Assembly (NCBI GenBank): GCA_001179505.1
Contig: CDMY01000356.1
Location: forward strand, 186,001 to 250,000
DNA from: Vitrella brassicaformis CCMP3155
Lineage: Eukaryota; Protista; Chromerida
Length of the DNA: 64,000 nucleotides
Reading direction: 5' to 3'
The position numbers were made by a program, and so were the translations under genes. The notes beneath the pieces are model-generated. The model searched no databases and was not told the origin of the DNA. It worked only from the letters and a program-made list of their open reading frames with translations. This document shows positions 61,682-64,000 of this stretch, in pieces (within the stretch, counting starts at the first letter, position 1; the number at the start of each line of letters is the position of its first letter).

Positions 61682-63262
61682 GTGCGTGCGTGGTGGATGT
61701 GACTGACTTGTGTCCGTCGCTTTGGTTGGCCATTCACGGAAGGCGGTCACGCCGACAACGAACTGGAAGGCAGATCGTTGCTGTATGTAAATATGTGCAG
61801 TCGGGCCCTCATTCATGTATGGGAACCACACCCCCCTCCCCTGGCTGTACAGGCAACATCCAACAAGCTTCCCCCATCTATACCAGCAACCTGCCATGCG
61901 GACACAATATTTACTAGCTCCCCCCTTCAGCTCGCTGGGTGGGTGTCTTGTGTCTTTCTTGCACGTGTGGCGAAAAAGCTCCCCGCCTCCGAGTCCAAAA
62001 TGCCCCCCACTGTGTGTCGAGTGAGGGAGTGGGGCGGGAGACCCGCTTCAGCAAATCACCTACCATCCATCCATCTGTCGATCGATCCGCACACGGCCAC
62101 GCCCATGGATGCTTTGTGTGTGTGGTCTATCAATCGACGGCATGCACAGAGGGCGAAAAGGGCAGACAGGCAGTGACACCAAGCGACCCAACGCTCGTCT
62201 TTGGGAGGTGCTGGCTGTCACTCATCCGGCCTGCCTCCAACCACACACACAAACACCCGCCGTGCACAGCCAGCCATAATATTGGACAACACCGACCATG
62301 GCAACCGAAACACGAGCCACCCATCCGTCCATCACACCCATGCTGCCCCTAGTCCGGCTGGCCAGCGTTCATCAACAAGTCAACAAGTCTTGGCGCGAAA
62401 GCAAAACCGATGAGTGTTTCACATCGAGGGGCGGCTGTCTGTGTGCCAAACGTGCAGGCGGTCACATGTGCGTGTGTCTTGGTCTGATGCACAGAGGTAG
62501 CAGCGAAGTCCTTATTCTTAACAAAGCACACTGCGACCTCTACGCACCCCAACCAAGACACAGGCACGGTGCGCCAGTCGCACGAGAAACGCCTCATCTC
62601 ACTCTGTCTGTCTGTCTGTCTGTCTATCTGTCCGTGTCTGGATCGCCCCCGTGCGTCCATCCTCCTCTCGCCCATCCGCACCCCCGGCCTGACGCACAAG
62701 CTCGTCAACCACCGGGATACGAGAAAGACGACTGAAAGGAGGCACACCGAAGACAAGGCAAGGCAAAGCAAAATCCAGCCCGCAGCAAACAAACCACAGC
62801 AGCGCGTCAGGTCAATCATCAAGTAGGTGTATGTCCACCAGCCAGTCAGTCAAGTCTGTCGGTCGGTCAGATATTTGTTGGCAGGGTCGTGTTTGTCGCA
62901 GGAGACGAAAACGCAACCATTCAGTCAGTCGCTTATCAACAAGATAGCAACATCAACAACAACTCAGGTTGCCTAGTGAGTGGGTGCACGGGCCCGTCAC
63001 CCCTTCCTAGCACAGGCATGTCCAGCCGCTGATCGGCGGACACGTCTGTGTCCAGCAATCAATCACTGAATGGATGGATGGCATCAGCGAACGCATGGCA
63101 TGACGACTGCACTTCACTTCATCGGTCGGTCCGTCATTCATGCTTCAAAAATACAGCACAAAACAGTTGTGCCCTCCAGCACCGAGCGGCCCTCCGGCCC
63201 ACACACGTACACAGAGAGTAAGTGACACGCACCACAGAGTAGTGAGTCAGTCAGTGAGTGAG

Positions 63263-64000
63263 TCAGTTGGACGCCTCGCGAGTCTCGTTGTGTGCGTCGA
63301 GGACCACGGCCAGCAGGTGGAGCACCACAGCTGACGACAGCTTGAACAGGGCCTCGCACGCCAGCTCGCAGGAAACCTTGGACGCCTCCGGCAGACTCAT
63401 CGCCGTCTGGTCACGGCACCAACACACACAGAGAGATCCGTGTGCGAATCGGACCGGACACCATTGCGTGCGTGTCCTGTCTATGTGAGTCGAGTCGTCT
63501 TGCGTGGGAACGTACCTCGATGAAGGCTGTGGCCCTCTGGACGTCCGGCCGGTGCATCAGCCCCTTGATCCATGCCGCCCTCGCAGACCTCGAGCCCTCA
63601 CAGGGACACTCAGATATGGCCGTCAGACACGCAGGCGCACTCGCCCCGGCCCTTCCTCCTCTGCTCTTGCCCCGTGGGCTCGACGAGACAGCCGGCGGCG
63701 AACCAGGTGACGCGGCACTCGACACGACGTCAAGCATCGTCAGGAGGCTGACCACCACTTCCTGACGAGCCACGCTCTCAGCGAAGTCGCCATACTCTCG
63801 CAGTATGACCGTTAGCTGGTGGCGCTGGGGATGGTGCTCCATGCGGCACCTCAGGTTGGTGAGGGCGGCGCTCACGGGGGAGGGGGCACATGAGGCATGC
63901 CGGAGGTGCAGGGAGTGCTCCTCGAATGCGATGCGCTGTCGAACCACACGGTCGGCGAGGACGGGGAGTTTTTGGGCAAGCTTGGCCGCCCTCTCAAGCC
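63263..64000 (-). CDS. 3' part of a hypothetical protein (gene starts beyond the window)
   Basis: The frame is open from the window edge to a donor at ~63515 (ATAFIE|gtacgt). The last exon is TAMSLPEASKVSCELACEALFKLSSAVVLHLLAVVLDAHNETREASN*. Confidence 0.5.

Noticed and set aside
62349-62826. ORFs with a TM-like stretch (minus) or exon-like piece (plus)
   Set aside because: The flanking genes already terminate (61681 and 63263), no consistent exon chain could be built, and strand signals conflict.
1-64000. Hundreds of short six-frame ORFs, many starting with GTG/TTG or rich in CVCV/HTHT/DRQT
   Set aside because: They are translations of intronic microsatellites or antisense shadows of GC-rich coding exons, not genes.
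1-64000. Prokaryotic-type systems (CRISPR array, operon, defence island, IS element)
   Set aside because: No regularly spaced repeat-spacer array, rRNA, recognisable tRNA or transposase core was seen. The genes are spliced and eukaryotic.

Overview
This is an intron-rich, GC-rich eukaryotic genomic window, not a prokaryotic one. Three features point to a photosynthetic apicomplexan relative, most likely the chromerid Vitrella brassicaformis (inference): short introns packed with microsatellites, apicomplexan-type ISP and RAP/OPR genes, and a signal+transit-peptide (complex plastid) S41 protease. About 20 spliced genes lie mostly in divergent head-to-head pairs. In order they are: CtpA-type protease, BTB/BACK-Tubby protein, IMC sub-compartment protein (ISP), a gp210/NUP210-like pore membrane protein, a MORN-CaaX protein, a RAP-domain helical-repeat protein, a helical protein (TAF1A-like?), a small Cys/His-rich ORF, a TTF-zinc-finger/TRAF-MATH protein, kinesin-1, a RINGv membrane E3 ligase, two unknowns, a diverged kleisin (CAP-H-like?), a cyclic-nucleotide-binding K+ channel, RBM39, kinesin-14, and a CCCH-zinc-finger/sulfotransferase fusion. 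There are two 300-N scaffold gaps. The strongest novel signals are (i) introns with complementary (CA)n/(GACA)n 5' and (TG)n/(TGTC)n 3' repeats that could fold to bridge the splice sites, and (ii) unusual domain fusions (CCCH+sulfotransferase, ZnF_TTF+MATH, BTB+Tubby). All exon joins were assembled by eye and all family calls come from motif recognition. No database searches were run.
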